A stretch of 28,476 bases of DNA from Octopus sinensis. Lineage: Eukaryota. Position numbers and translations under genes: made by a program. How positions within the stretch are numbered: the first letter of the stretch is position 1; each line of letters opens with the position of its first letter. The stretch is from the NCBI RefSeq assembly GCF_006345805.1, contig NW_021827525.1:1-28476 (forward strand). The letters are read 5' to 3'. Of this stretch, positions 11,155 to 22,231 are shown piece by piece. The notes under the pieces were generated by a model. The model was not told the origin of the DNA. It did no database searches and saw only the letters and a list, made by a program, of their open reading frames with translations.

Positions 11155-11318
11155 GAGTGTGTTTGTGTGTGTGTAAGTAAGTATACACACAGACACACAC
11201 ACAGACATACACACACACAGACACACACACACACGTGTGTGTGTTTTCTAATGTTTTCGATGAATTCTGAAGTGATATAAGAGATATAAGAAAGAGAAAG
11301 TTAGACGGTGTGTGTTTG

Positions 11319-11367
<49 letters not shown>

Positions 11368-11822
11368 CCGACTGATAGAATAACAGACAGACATAGCAAA
11401 GCAGGGATAGAGAGAGAGAGAGAGGAAATTATATATCGAAGTTGGCAAGATAGTGTAACAAGTATCTCTTTTGCTCATTTGCATATTGGTATATTTGGCG
11501 AATATTGTCGAGTTGTTCTGCCGTTTATTGTACTGAGAGAGAGAAAGGAAAAGAGAGAGAGAGAGAGAGAGAGAAAGATAGAGATAGAGAGAGAGAGGCC
11601 CGGTGCTTAAACGCAGCTTCTATTTTCACAGCGATGCTAAATTTATTTTTAGTAAACTCACAGATATACATAAATTTGCTATTTATCCGTGGACTCTTCT
11701 TTCTAAGTACTTGGATTAATCAATGCATGTATACACAATATACATACAAAGATATGTATATATATATATGTATGTATGTATTATATATTATATATGTATA
11801 TATATATATGTATGTATATATA

Positions 11823-11879
<57 letters not shown>

Positions 11880-12079
11880 ATGTATGTGTGTGAGTGTATA
11901 TATATGTGTACATACATATATATATCATATATATATATATATGTGTGTATAATATATGTATGTATATATATATATATATGTATATATATATACATCTATA
12001 TATATATGTATGTATATATATATAGTATATGTATATATATATAATATATATATATATATTATATATATATATATATGTA

Positions 12080-12143
<64 letters not shown>

Positions 12144-12231
12144 CATGTATGTACACATATATATATATATACACACATACATACATGTATGCTCACACTC
12201 ACATTACACACAGTGTGTTTGTTTATTTGTG

Positions 12232-12262
<31 letters not shown>

Positions 12263-12265
12263 ATT
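11101..12265. repeat. Microsatellite block: (CA)n, (TA)n, (AG)n, (TATG)n, (TG)n with short unique spacers
   Basis: Directly visible. Confidence 0.93.
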
Positions 12266-12643
12266 AATATGATAATTATAATGGAAAGTAATTTGCGTTG
12301 CATCTCAAGAGGAGAAAGAAACAAATGTTTCTTTGGCCTTAATTGATATATTCAATTATATTTAATCAAGATATTTCTCATTCATTATTGCTAACACAAT
12401 CCTGTCTGTTTAGCAATTTGTTGATCTCTCGAGTGTAAAATTCATCAGGTTTCGTACCAAAGAAACACTCACCCTCTTCACAATTAATAAACTATTTCTC
12501 CTCTAAATAAGGTTGCAATGATCTGAAAAACGTGGAGGTCAGATGGAGGGAGGTCTGGAGAATAAGGAGGATCGGGTAAAACTTCCATATTTATAATTTC
12601 TTAATCTTTTCCCGTGTGACTTGAGGAATATATGGTCTTGTAT

Positions 12644-12974
12644 GTGAGGGCGCGTGGCTTAGTGGTTAGGGCATTCGGCTCATGATCGTAAGGTTGTGAG
12701 TTCGATTCCCGGCGACGCGTTGTGTCCTTGAGCAAGACACTTTATTTCACGTTGCTCCAGTCCACTCAGCTGGCAAAAATGAGTTGTACTTGTATTTCAA
12801 AGGGTCAGCCTTGTCACTCTCTGTGTCACGCTGATTATCCCCGAGAACTACGTTAAGGGTACACGTGTCTGTGGAATGCTCAGCCATTTGCACGTTAATT
12901 TCACGAGCAAGCTGTTCCGTTGATCGTATCAGCTGGGACCCTCGTCGTCGTAACCGGCGGAGTCTTTTTTTTTT
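12644..12974 (+). mobile_element. SINE family B (OR2/CORE-like head plus family A tail) with poly-T end
   Basis: A-box TGGCTTAGTGG, B-box GAGTTCGATTCC, CORE-like TGTGTCCTTGAGCAAGACACTTT...CTCAGCTG...AAATGAG; from about 12785 it matches the family A tail. 13-bp TSD TATGGTCTTGTAT at 12631-12643 and 12975-12987. Confidence 0.88.
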
Positions 12975-13062
12975 TATGGTCTTGTATTATCTTGCAAGAA
13001 CAACTCTTCTTTCACGACTGACCAATGAAGGGTGAATTTTTTCTGCCTATTTTAGTGCAATG

Positions 13063-14144
13063 CTGTGAATCCTCGAGCATAATCTGCATTTCCCCCCAAA
13101 ATTTAAAGGTCAAAATCCCTAGTGCAGTGCTTTTCAAACTTTTTGCTGGAGCGGAACCCCAAGGAAACATTCCACTGGCTCGAGGAACCCCTGTGCAATA
13201 ATTTAATTGTCTTATGCACACATATCTGCACAGGAGACTTAAAAATTACTGCCGATTTTAGCAGTTTTGTAACTTCTTGCGGAACCCCTGGACTGTACTG
13301 GCGGAACCCTAAGGTTCCGCGGAAGCCTGGTTGAAAACCACTGCCCTAGTGTGTACTATATACGAGGCTAAAAATGAAAAATATTTTCTAAGCAATGTCC
13401 GAGTCTCTATTTGCTGCCCGGCAATGTTTATTCAGACACATTTCGTGATGTCGGGCGCGAAAATACCTTAAGCTAAGCCTGAAAGCAATGAAGTCATAAA
13501 AGAATCCCCCATAACTTGCAGTAAGCAACATTTATTAAAATAAATGTATTCAGAACCCAGAATAACATGTAAAAAAAAAAATTTGCAAACATATTTACAT
13601 TCCCATATAACAGTTAAGAACATCACCATTATTGTATTACGCATGCGTTACCGTATACGTTTTTACAAACCAAGGATGTTATATAGACCTCCTTGACTCA
13701 AGTTAGAGAAGGGGTGCGTATTATACACAAGGTTTAGGTTTTTCAGAAATACAGCCCCCTAAAAATCATCTGCGTATTATACTCAAGGACGTGAAAATAC
13801 CTTAAGCTAACCCTGAAAGCAATGAAGTCATAAAAGAATCATCCATTACTTGCAGTAAGAAACATTTATTAAAATAAAAGTATTCAGAACCTAGAATAAC
13901 ATGTAACAAAAACAATTTGCAAACATATTTACATTCCCATATAACAGTTAAGAATACCACCATTATTGTATTACGCATGCGCGGAAGTGTTTGTTCGACT
14001 AGGAGCTGTTGGTTTAATTACGCACGACTCAAGTTAGAGAAGGGGTGCGTATTATACACAAGTTTTAGGTTTTTCAGAGGTAGAGCCCCCTAAAAATTCC
14101 CTGAATATTATTCTCAAGGGTGGACTATACTCGAGGATTTACGG
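13063..14144. mobile_element. TcMar-Tc2-like non-autonomous DNA transposon with a ~334-bp internal duplication and a nested MITE
   Basis: Left end CTGTGAATCCTCGAGCATA versus reverse complement of right end CCGTAAATCCTCGAGTATA (16/19). Repeated subterminal GCGTATTATAC motifs. Duplicated unit starts at 13459 and 13793. Confidence 0.7.
13125..13343. mobile_element. hAT (Charlie-type) MITE, 219 bp
   Basis: TIRs CAGTGCTTTTCAA / TTGAAAACCACTG; perfect 8-bp TSD CCCTAGTG at 13117-13124 and 13344-13351 with a CTAG core; multiple internal GCGGAACCC motifs. Confidence 0.92.
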
Positions 14145-14191
14145 TGGTCTTAAATGACGACAACACTTCTTTGCATTAACTGTTTCGTTGG

Positions 14192-14215
14192 GGAGCTGGC
14201 AGAAACGTTAGCACG
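14192..14215 (+). mobile_element. SINE family D head remnant
   Basis: GAGCTGGCAGAAACGTTAGCACG matches the 5' end of the copy ending at 17046; followed by an (AG)-rich tract. Confidence 0.6.
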
Positions 14216-14612
14216 AGAGAGAGTGAGAGAAGTAGGGAGGGAGAGGTAAAGAGAAAGGGAAAGAGATAGAGAGAGAGAGAAAGAGAGAATACGACAGATG
14301 GAAGAAGAATCTTTGAACAGACAATAACCAATCAATATTTGAAATAATTAAAGTCAGTGATTGATCAACACAGTTTCCATCTCGTCTCTTTTATTGATTG
14401 GACGAAGACGAAGCAACTGCAATCGCCGCAGCCATCGTCGTCGTCATCGTTGTCGTCGTCGTCGTCATCGTCGTCATAGTTCTTTATTTCACTTTAAAGT
14501 GGAGAAAGGAAAAATTATATACAACCAGTTTCCTTCCTGTCTCAGTGTTTCGCAGTTTCACGTTATATGCACCACACTGCACGCATTGCCATCGACACCA
14601 TAGTTATATATG

Positions 14613-14659
<47 letters not shown>

Positions 14660-14667
<8 letters not shown>

Positions 14668-14962
14668 ATCACGTGACCGACCAGACCATCAGATGCTGTT
14701 ACACATCGCTGGTCACAATGCTTTCGCATTGTTTTAGCCTTTGAATGACGCCACCCCGCTGGCTAAGCGAACAGGCCAATAGAAGAAAGAGTGGTAGAAA
14801 GAGTGGTGAAAGAGTACAGCAGGGATCACCCCCCCCCCTGCCGGAGCCTCGTGGAGCTTTTAGGTGTTTTCGCACAATAAATACTCACAACGCCGTCTGG
14901 GAATCGAAACCGCGATCCTGCGACCGCGAGTCCGCTGCCCTAACCACTGGGCCATTGCGCCT

Positions 14963-14966
<4 letters not shown>
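14660..14966 (-). mobile_element. SINE family A head with an alternative, RTE-derived 3' tail
   Basis: Head matches family A. The tail (14660-14717, reverse complemented) aligns to the RTE 3' end at 19298-19358 and ends in (CACGTGAT)2(AT)n. Confidence 0.88.
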
Positions 14967-15005
<39 letters not shown>

Positions 15006-15012
15006 ATATATA

Positions 15013-15075
<63 letters not shown>

Positions 15076-15079
<4 letters not shown>

Positions 15080-15248
15080 TAGTTGTATACTGTCAACTTA
15101 ACGTGATAGTCCTGTGTCCTTATACATATAAGGACACAGGAAATGTGTCAAGGCCGACAGGAAGCGTCGATGCTTCCTAGGGCTAAACAGCGGTGGTGTA
15201 ATTTCCTTACAGGACTGTCACATTAAGTTGACAGTAGACAACTACTCT
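15076..15248. mobile_element. 173-bp foldback element with 40-bp terminal inverted repeats and two internal hairpins; family unassigned
   Basis: 15076-15115 versus reverse complement of 15209-15248: 37/40 identical. Internal hairpins at 15111-15140 and 15159-15178. No TSD visible. Confidence 0.65.
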
Positions 15249-15288
15249 ATCGCTCCACCACCGTACATATCTCTATGAGATGTTTAGA

Positions 15289-15582
<294 letters not shown>

Positions 15583-15797
15583 TATATATATATATTATAT
15601 ATATATATAGATATATATATATATATTATATACAGATGCAGCACGAAATTTTGTCAGTGAATAGATTTCACAACGACGAAAATATTTTAACACAAATTAG
15701 ATTCAAATGTTGAAGTGAAACTAACGGTTTTGTGGGTGGGGGCGTTTTTTTTTTTATGGCTTATAAACCCCTTCCACGCTGCAATTATCTTTGTTTC

Positions 15798-17200
15798 AGC
15801 ACACGAACTATCAAGCCAATGGGATGAAAAATGAGGTAGACCCAAAGTTCCGATACTGCAACGATGGGATTGAAACTGCGAGCCACCTAATCGCTAGGTG
15901 TAATGTTTTAGCATATGTAGAGTATAAAGCAAGACATGACAAAGTTAGCCAATATCTACACTGGATAATATGTCGGCATGATAAAATCAGAACTGCTGAC
16001 AAATGGTATAAGCACCACCCTGAGGCTGTAACTGAAGGAGAAAATGTAACGATTCTTTGGAATTTTCCAGTATGTACAGACCGGACCATCAAAGCTAATA
16101 AACCAGATAATGTTGTGAAAGACCAAAATAATAAAATCTGTTTATTGATTGACATGAGCATGCCTTGTGATCATAATATCTCGGCCAAAAGAATTTGATA
16201 AGCTCAGAAAATAAAGATATGCTAATCGAAAAGATGTGGCATCTCAAGACGGTTACTCTACCTATTTCTTTACTGCCCACAAGGGGCTACACATAGAGGG
16301 GTCGAACAAGGACAGACAAACGGATTAAATCGATTATATCGACCCCAGTGCGTAACTGGTACTTATTTAATCGACACCGAAAGGATGAAAGGCAAAGTCG
16401 ACCTCGACGGAATTTGAACTCAGAACGTAGCGGCAGACGAAATACCTATTTCTTTACTGCCCACAAGGGGCTAAACCAGAGGGGGACAACAAGGACAGAC
16501 AAACGGATTAAAATCGATTATATCGACCCCAGCGTAACTGGTACTTATTTAATCGACACCGAAAGGATGAAAGGCAAAGTCGACCTCGACGGAATTTGAA
16601 CTCAGAACGTAGCGGCAGACGAAATACCTATTTCTTTACTGCCCACAAGGGGCTAAACACAGAGAGGACAAACAAGGACAGACAAATGGATTAAGTAGAT
16701 TACATCGACCCCAGTGAGTAACTGGTCCTTAATTTATCGACCCCGAAAGGAAGAAAGGCAATGTTGACCTCGACGGAATTTGAACTCAGAACGTAGCGGC
16801 AGACGAAATACCTATTTCTTTACTGCCCACAAGGGGCTAAACACAGAGAGGACAAACAAGGACAGACAAATGGATTAAGTAGATTACATCGACCCCAGTG
16901 AGTAACTGGTCCTTAATTTATCGACCCCGAAAGGAAGAAAGGCAATGTTGCCCTCGGCGGAATTTGAACTCAGAACGTAGCGGCAGACGAAATACCGCTA
17001 AGCATTTCGCCCGGCGTGCTAACGTTTCTGCCAGCTCGCTGCTTTAACGGTTACAATACCAGTGATTGTAGGAGTACTTGAAATTATTAAAAAAAAGGAA
17101 CTGAAAATTATTTGAGGATGATCCCTGGTTTATCATCTATGTAGGAAGTACAAAAGATTGTCTTGATTGGTACGTCACACGTAGAGAAGAGCATTATCGC
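15798..17200 (+). mobile_element. R4/Dong-clade LINE 3' part, interrupted by a SINE D tetramer
   Basis: DPKFRYC...ETASHLIARC (decayed CCHC), EYKARHDKV, TILWNF, ANKPDNVVKD...CLLIDMSMPCD. Resumes after 17046 with TVTIPVIVGVL...EVQKIVLIGTSH. Confidence 0.92.
16257..17046 (-). mobile_element. SINE family D: one head followed by four tandem ~183-bp bodies
   Basis: Units start at 16261, 16445, 16627 and 16811 (184, 182, 184 bp periods). Head at about 16995-17046. 8-bp TSD ACGGTTAC at 16249-16256 and 17047-17054. B-box-like GAGTTCAAATTCC in each unit. Confidence 0.92.
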
Positions 17201-17348
17201 TGTGAATTTTCTTTCCTTTTTTCCCTTTTATTTTCTTTGTTTAATTTTGTTTTCATTTCCCCCCTCCTCTCTATCTTTCTTCATCTTTTCTCTATCACAT
17301 GATTTTGTAAATGAACAATCTGGTATTTTTATTTTAATGTCCTACCAG

Positions 17349-17442
<94 letters not shown>

Positions 17443-17636
17443 GTGAGTTTCTATGCCCAAGGTATCAGGAAGACACTCGGCAAGAATAATTAAGTGTATG
17501 ATTAATTGTTAACATCTAATCATCTCCATTTTTAACAATATGATTGGATTCATAGAAATTCATTCCATAAATTAATCATACACTTAATATATTAACACGT
17601 ACGTATGTATGTACGTGATGCATACATACATTCGTG

Positions 17637-18013
17637 GCACTGCGTCGGTTACGACGACGAGGGTTCCATTTTATCCGATCAACGGAACAGCCTGTTCGTG
17701 AAATTAACGTGTAAGTGGCTGAGCACTCCACAGACACGTGTACCCTTAACGTAGTTCTCGGGGATATTCAGCGTGACACAGTGTGTGTGACAAGGCTGGC
17801 CCTTTGAAATACAGGTACAACAAAAACAGGAACAAAGAGCGAGAGGTGTGGTGAAAGAGTATAGCAGGGTTCGCCACCATCCCCTGCCGGAGCCTCGTGG
17901 AGCTTTAGGTGTTTTCGCTCAATAAACACTCACAACGCCTGGTCTGGGAATCGAAACCACGATCCTACGACTGCGAGTCCGCTGCTCTAACCACTGGGCC
18001 ATCACGCCTCCAC
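17637..18013 (-). mobile_element. SINE family A, full length, more diverged
   Basis: Aligns end to end with 8397-8787; possible imperfect TSD CATAC(A/T)TACAT. Confidence 0.9.
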
Positions 18014-18669
18014 ATACTTACATATGTACATATATACATATGTACATATATACATATGTACATACATATATACACACATACATACGTATGTACATGCATA
18101 CATATATATACATATATATGTACATTCACACGCACACACATATATACACACACATTGTATGAGTGATATGAATAATGAGTGGCAAGTCAAAAATTTTCTC
18201 ATCGTAAGAAAGTGCAAGTACCAAAACCATCCACCGAAAATTTACATTATTTCCACAAAACCGTATTTGGCAGCATGAAAGGTTATATAATCAGGGTTGT
18301 AAATACGCCTCCTTTGGATGGTCTGAAGCTATTCGTGTGTGGCGGCCACCTAGAATCTAAATAAACAGCAAGGCCGCCATTTTGTCTGTTTGAATAAACC
18401 AAGCTGTGACTGATGTGCAAACGGTCTCCGGAAATATATAAGATAACCAGCGAAATTTCCCAAACACTTGTTGGAAATCTATCGAATTGGAAAATAAAAT
18501 CATCTAGGAGAGATCTGGTAGTCTGTTGTTGATACAGGAAAATCATGTTCTGGGGAAAAGTTCTTGTGAGCTTAATGAAAAGAGCAATAAACAGCGAACT
18601 CGATACGGCTGACTGGTTGTCATCCATAGCTCGAAACCAGGACACACGTATGCTAAACAAACAACGAAC

Positions 18670-19358
18670 TCGTAGCGTATGTTATTTGGTAGTGAAACAT
18701 GGGCTACCACAAAGAGAGAAGAGCAAAGACTGGTAACGGCTCAAAGAGCCATGGAAAGGTCAATGCTTGGTATCTCGCTGAGAGAGCACGTAAGTAGCGA
18801 GATCATCAGAAAGAAGTCCGGCGTGAGAGATGTCATCGCAGAGTATACACGCAGCAAGTATATATTTCTTTATTGTCCACAAGGGGCTAAACATAGAGAG
18901 GACAAACAAGGACAGACAAAGGGATTAAGTCGATTACATCGACCCCAGTGCGAAACTGGTACTTTTATTTATCGACCCCGAAAGGATGAAAGGCAAAGTC
19001 GACCTCAGCGGAATTTGAACTCAGAACGTAACGACAGACGAAATACCGCTAAGCATTCCGCCCGGTGCGCTAACGTGTCTGCCACCTCGCCGCCTGACAC
19101 GCAGCAAGTATAGATGGGCTGGACACGTCGCCCGGCTCACCGATAATCGGTGGACGCACGCAGTTGTCGAGTGGTACCCGCGCGAGCGGAAAAGACCACC
19201 CGGAAGGCCTCCACGACGGTGGAGTTACGATTTCAGGAGGACGATTGGGATCACGTGGATGAGAAAGGCGCGATCCAGAGAGGAGTGGACAGCGTGCTGT
19301 GACCAGCGGTGTCAAATGGACGCCTGACGGACTGGTCGGTCAAAGTGATCAAAGTGAT
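18670..19358 (+). mobile_element. RTE-clade LINE 3' end, interrupted by SINE D
   Basis: With the SINE removed it reads MLFGSETWATTKREEQRLVTAQRAMERSMLG...RSKY|RWAGHVARLTDNRWTHAVVEWYPRERKRPPGRPPRRW...MDA*, ending in a (CAAAGTGAT)2(AT)n tail. Confidence 0.92.
18863..19096 (-). mobile_element. SINE family D monomer
   Basis: 16-bp TSD ACACGCAGCAAGTATA at 18847-18862 and 19097-19112. Confidence 0.93.
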
Positions 19359-19570
19359 ATATATATATATATATATTAAGGTATGTAGAAAAGACAACAT
19401 GGACAAGAACGTATAACTCTTGAGACGATACAAAAACACGGACAAGACATTCGAAACCCTCAGTCTTCAGTCAAGAACCGGATCATCGTAGTAATTCGGC
19501 TGATTAATCTTGAGATTGCTCCGATATGGCCAGCCCGCCAAGGGAAATCTATATATATATATATATATAT

Positions 19571-19723
19571 AAGACCACCCGGAAGACCTCCACGACGGTG
19601 AAATTACGATTTCAGGAGGAAGATTGGGATCACGTGGATGAGAAAGGCGCGATCCAGAGAGGAGTGGACAGCGTGCTGTGACCAGTGGTGTCACATGGAC
19701 GCCTGACGGACTGGTCTGTCAAG
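19571..19723 (+). mobile_element. Second copy of the RTE 3' terminal 153 bp
   Basis: Aligns without gaps to 19192-19344. Confidence 0.9.
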
Positions 19724-20030
19724 GTGGTGGTGGTTGTGGTGGTGGATTAAACTGTACACGGCTTGTTGTTTATGTTGCTGCAGTTTCACTGGGAAATTCA
19801 GAACATAGGGAAGAAGCAAAAGGATTAAAAATGAAGTCTGGGGGTTGAGCTGAACAAAAATGATTTTAAGGAAACGAAATAAAAACATCACCGATTAAGA
19901 CAACTGGCAATAGAGTTTGGCTTCACAACAATACTCTAATGATGCGACTGTCTGCTCTGGTTTGGTTCTGAACATACGCGGTAGGAATGGAAATCTGGAT
20001 GGAATAAAGAATCTTGTTAATAAGATATAA

Positions 20031-20565
20031 GCTTTCTCTCTCTGACTCTCTCTTTCCGTTTCTCTCGCTCTCTCTGTGTTTTCTCTCTATATATTTATCT
20101 TTCTTTCTCTTTTTTCCTCCATCTCCTTTCTGTATATTTCTCTCTCTTTCGCTCTCCCTCTTCCTCTTTCTGTGTCTTTCTCTCTCTCTCTCTTTCTGTT
20201 CCTCTCCCTCTTCCTCTTTCTGTGTCTTTCTCTCTCTCTCTCTTTCTGTTCCTCTCCCTCTCTGTGTGTTTTTCTCTCTATAGATATATATATTTATCTT
20301 TCTTTCTCTCACTCGTTTTCTTCCCCTCTCCTTCTTTCTGTATATTTCTCTCTCTTTCGCTCTCCCTCTTCCTCTTTCTGTATCTCTCTCTCTCTCTTTC
20401 TTTCTGTCCCTCTCCCTCTCTCTGTGTTCTTCTCTCTATATATCTATCTTTCTTTCTCTCTCTCTTTTTCTCTCCCTCTCCTTCTTTCTGTGTATTTCTC
20501 TCTCTTTCGCCCTCTCTCTTCCTCTTCCTCTTTCTGTGTCATTCTCTCTCTTTCCTCCTCTCTCT
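20031..20565. repeat. CT-rich low-complexity tract with internal block duplications
   Basis: Directly visible; source of the F/L/S-rich ORFs. Confidence 0.93.
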
Positions 20566-21704
20566 GGGCGTATTCTTTGCATGGTTGGAATTGTAATGCC
20601 ATCTGCACAATGACAAGTCTATGATGAAACGAGATTGCAACACGATAAAACTAAGAATAAAAGGACATCAAAGACGGTTCGGATTCTTGTGATTTTTAGA
20701 GGCTGTTTAGGGGCTGTGCTTTCTGGATTCTTAATCCAAGTTTTGTTACCGGTAAAATCAGTGACAGACCTTTGAAGTCCTTTATAAAGTAGCAATGTAT
20801 TTCAGCTGATTACTCTTAATTGAAGTACACCATTCAGAGCAGATTTTAAGTTATGGAAACTAAACGAATGATCGAAGAATTAAAAACAATAATAAGCGGT
20901 AACCAATTTAAACGACTTGATATTGTAGTGTGGGTCCATAAAGTTAACAAACAAAACATGTTCTGTTGTGGAAGTCTTCTTTCCATTTGACTTTTCGTGA
21001 GAAAACCCTAGGAAAAAACGACATTTATGGCCCTTTGGTAAGGAGCCTACGACTTATTAGCGATTATTATTGGATCGGAGAGATATGTACGTTTCACTCG
21101 ACCCAGATTAAAGCGTGTCTGGACTTGCATTCAAAGAAAAACAACATAATTCACCTCCTAGAAGATCGTTATGATATCTTAGAATCAAGATGTATCTGAC
21201 CATGTTCAGACTTAAAAGTTGGGCGATTGCACAAAGGATGAAACAAATAAAGTTTCGTGGGAAGGAATTAGTGTCAGTTGTTTTAAACTTCCTTAATCCT
21301 GTTTTTCCCTCTTTGATGCTGGTAATCTTAAGCAAGATAATTCCTGATTTCTTGATCCAGTTTGAGATATTGCTCCAGTTTCACAATCTTGATGGACTTC
21401 ATACACTCTATGTATATAAATTGAAATTTAGCTATGTATGTGTGTATATTAACGTATATACATACACAAACACGCACACATATGTGTATATGACTATATT
21501 TAAGTTGAATTGATTTTATTGTTATCAATTTGAAAATATAGCCACGAAACACGTGTAGTCTATTCACTAATTATATACTATTCATTTATGATTTAGTACT
21601 TTATTTAGCTTTACTTAAATGTATTACTGTATCTTTAATTTTTTTTCTATATGGTATGATTTAAGTATATCATTGTTGAATTGCTCCATGGTAGTTCTTC
21701 TGTA

Positions 21705-21718
21705 ATAATATATATGTA

Positions 21719-21776
<58 letters not shown>

Positions 21777-21865
21777 CGTATATATGTACGTACGTATGTA
21801 TGTATGTAATGTATGTAAGTATGTGTATATGTATGTGTGTATGTATGTATGCATGAATATATATA

Positions 21866-21899
<34 letters not shown>

Positions 21900-21920
21900 T
21901 CTATATATATATATATATAA
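21705..21920. repeat. (TA)n/(TATG)n microsatellite
   Basis: Directly visible. Confidence 0.95.
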
Positions 21921-22183
21921 ATAAAGACAGACATATAGATAGATAAATAGATAGATGGATAGATACAGAGAAAAAGAGAGAAAAATTAACGGCGTCACTA
22001 AAGTATCTAAAGATAAGGAAAAAGAGAAGGAAAATAAAAGGAAAAGATAATCTAAACTTTATACATAAAAGCCATGCCTGCGAACGCACACATAGAATAT
22101 ACATACATACTCACTTAATTAAATACATATATACAATAGTAATACATGTAAACACACATACAAATAATCAGATAAGCATAAAA

Positions 22184-22231
<48 letters not shown>

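Noticed and set aside
16261-16994. CRISPR-like or independent satellite array
   Set aside because: The units are SINE D bodies, matching the monomer at 18863-19096.
18373-18384. YY1-like motif GCCGCCATTTTG
   Set aside because: An isolated motif with no supporting promoter context.
20850-21513. Short ORFs in unique AT-rich sequence (20966, 21108, 21190, 21328) as host exons
   Set aside because: No recognisable domain, overlapping on both strands, and no convincing splice-site pair. An exon cannot be excluded without RNA data.
21901-22104. Hydrophobic minus-strand ORF with an acceptor-like TTCGCAG
   Set aside because: Hydrophobicity comes from a purine-rich low-complexity plus strand; no donor or homology recognised.
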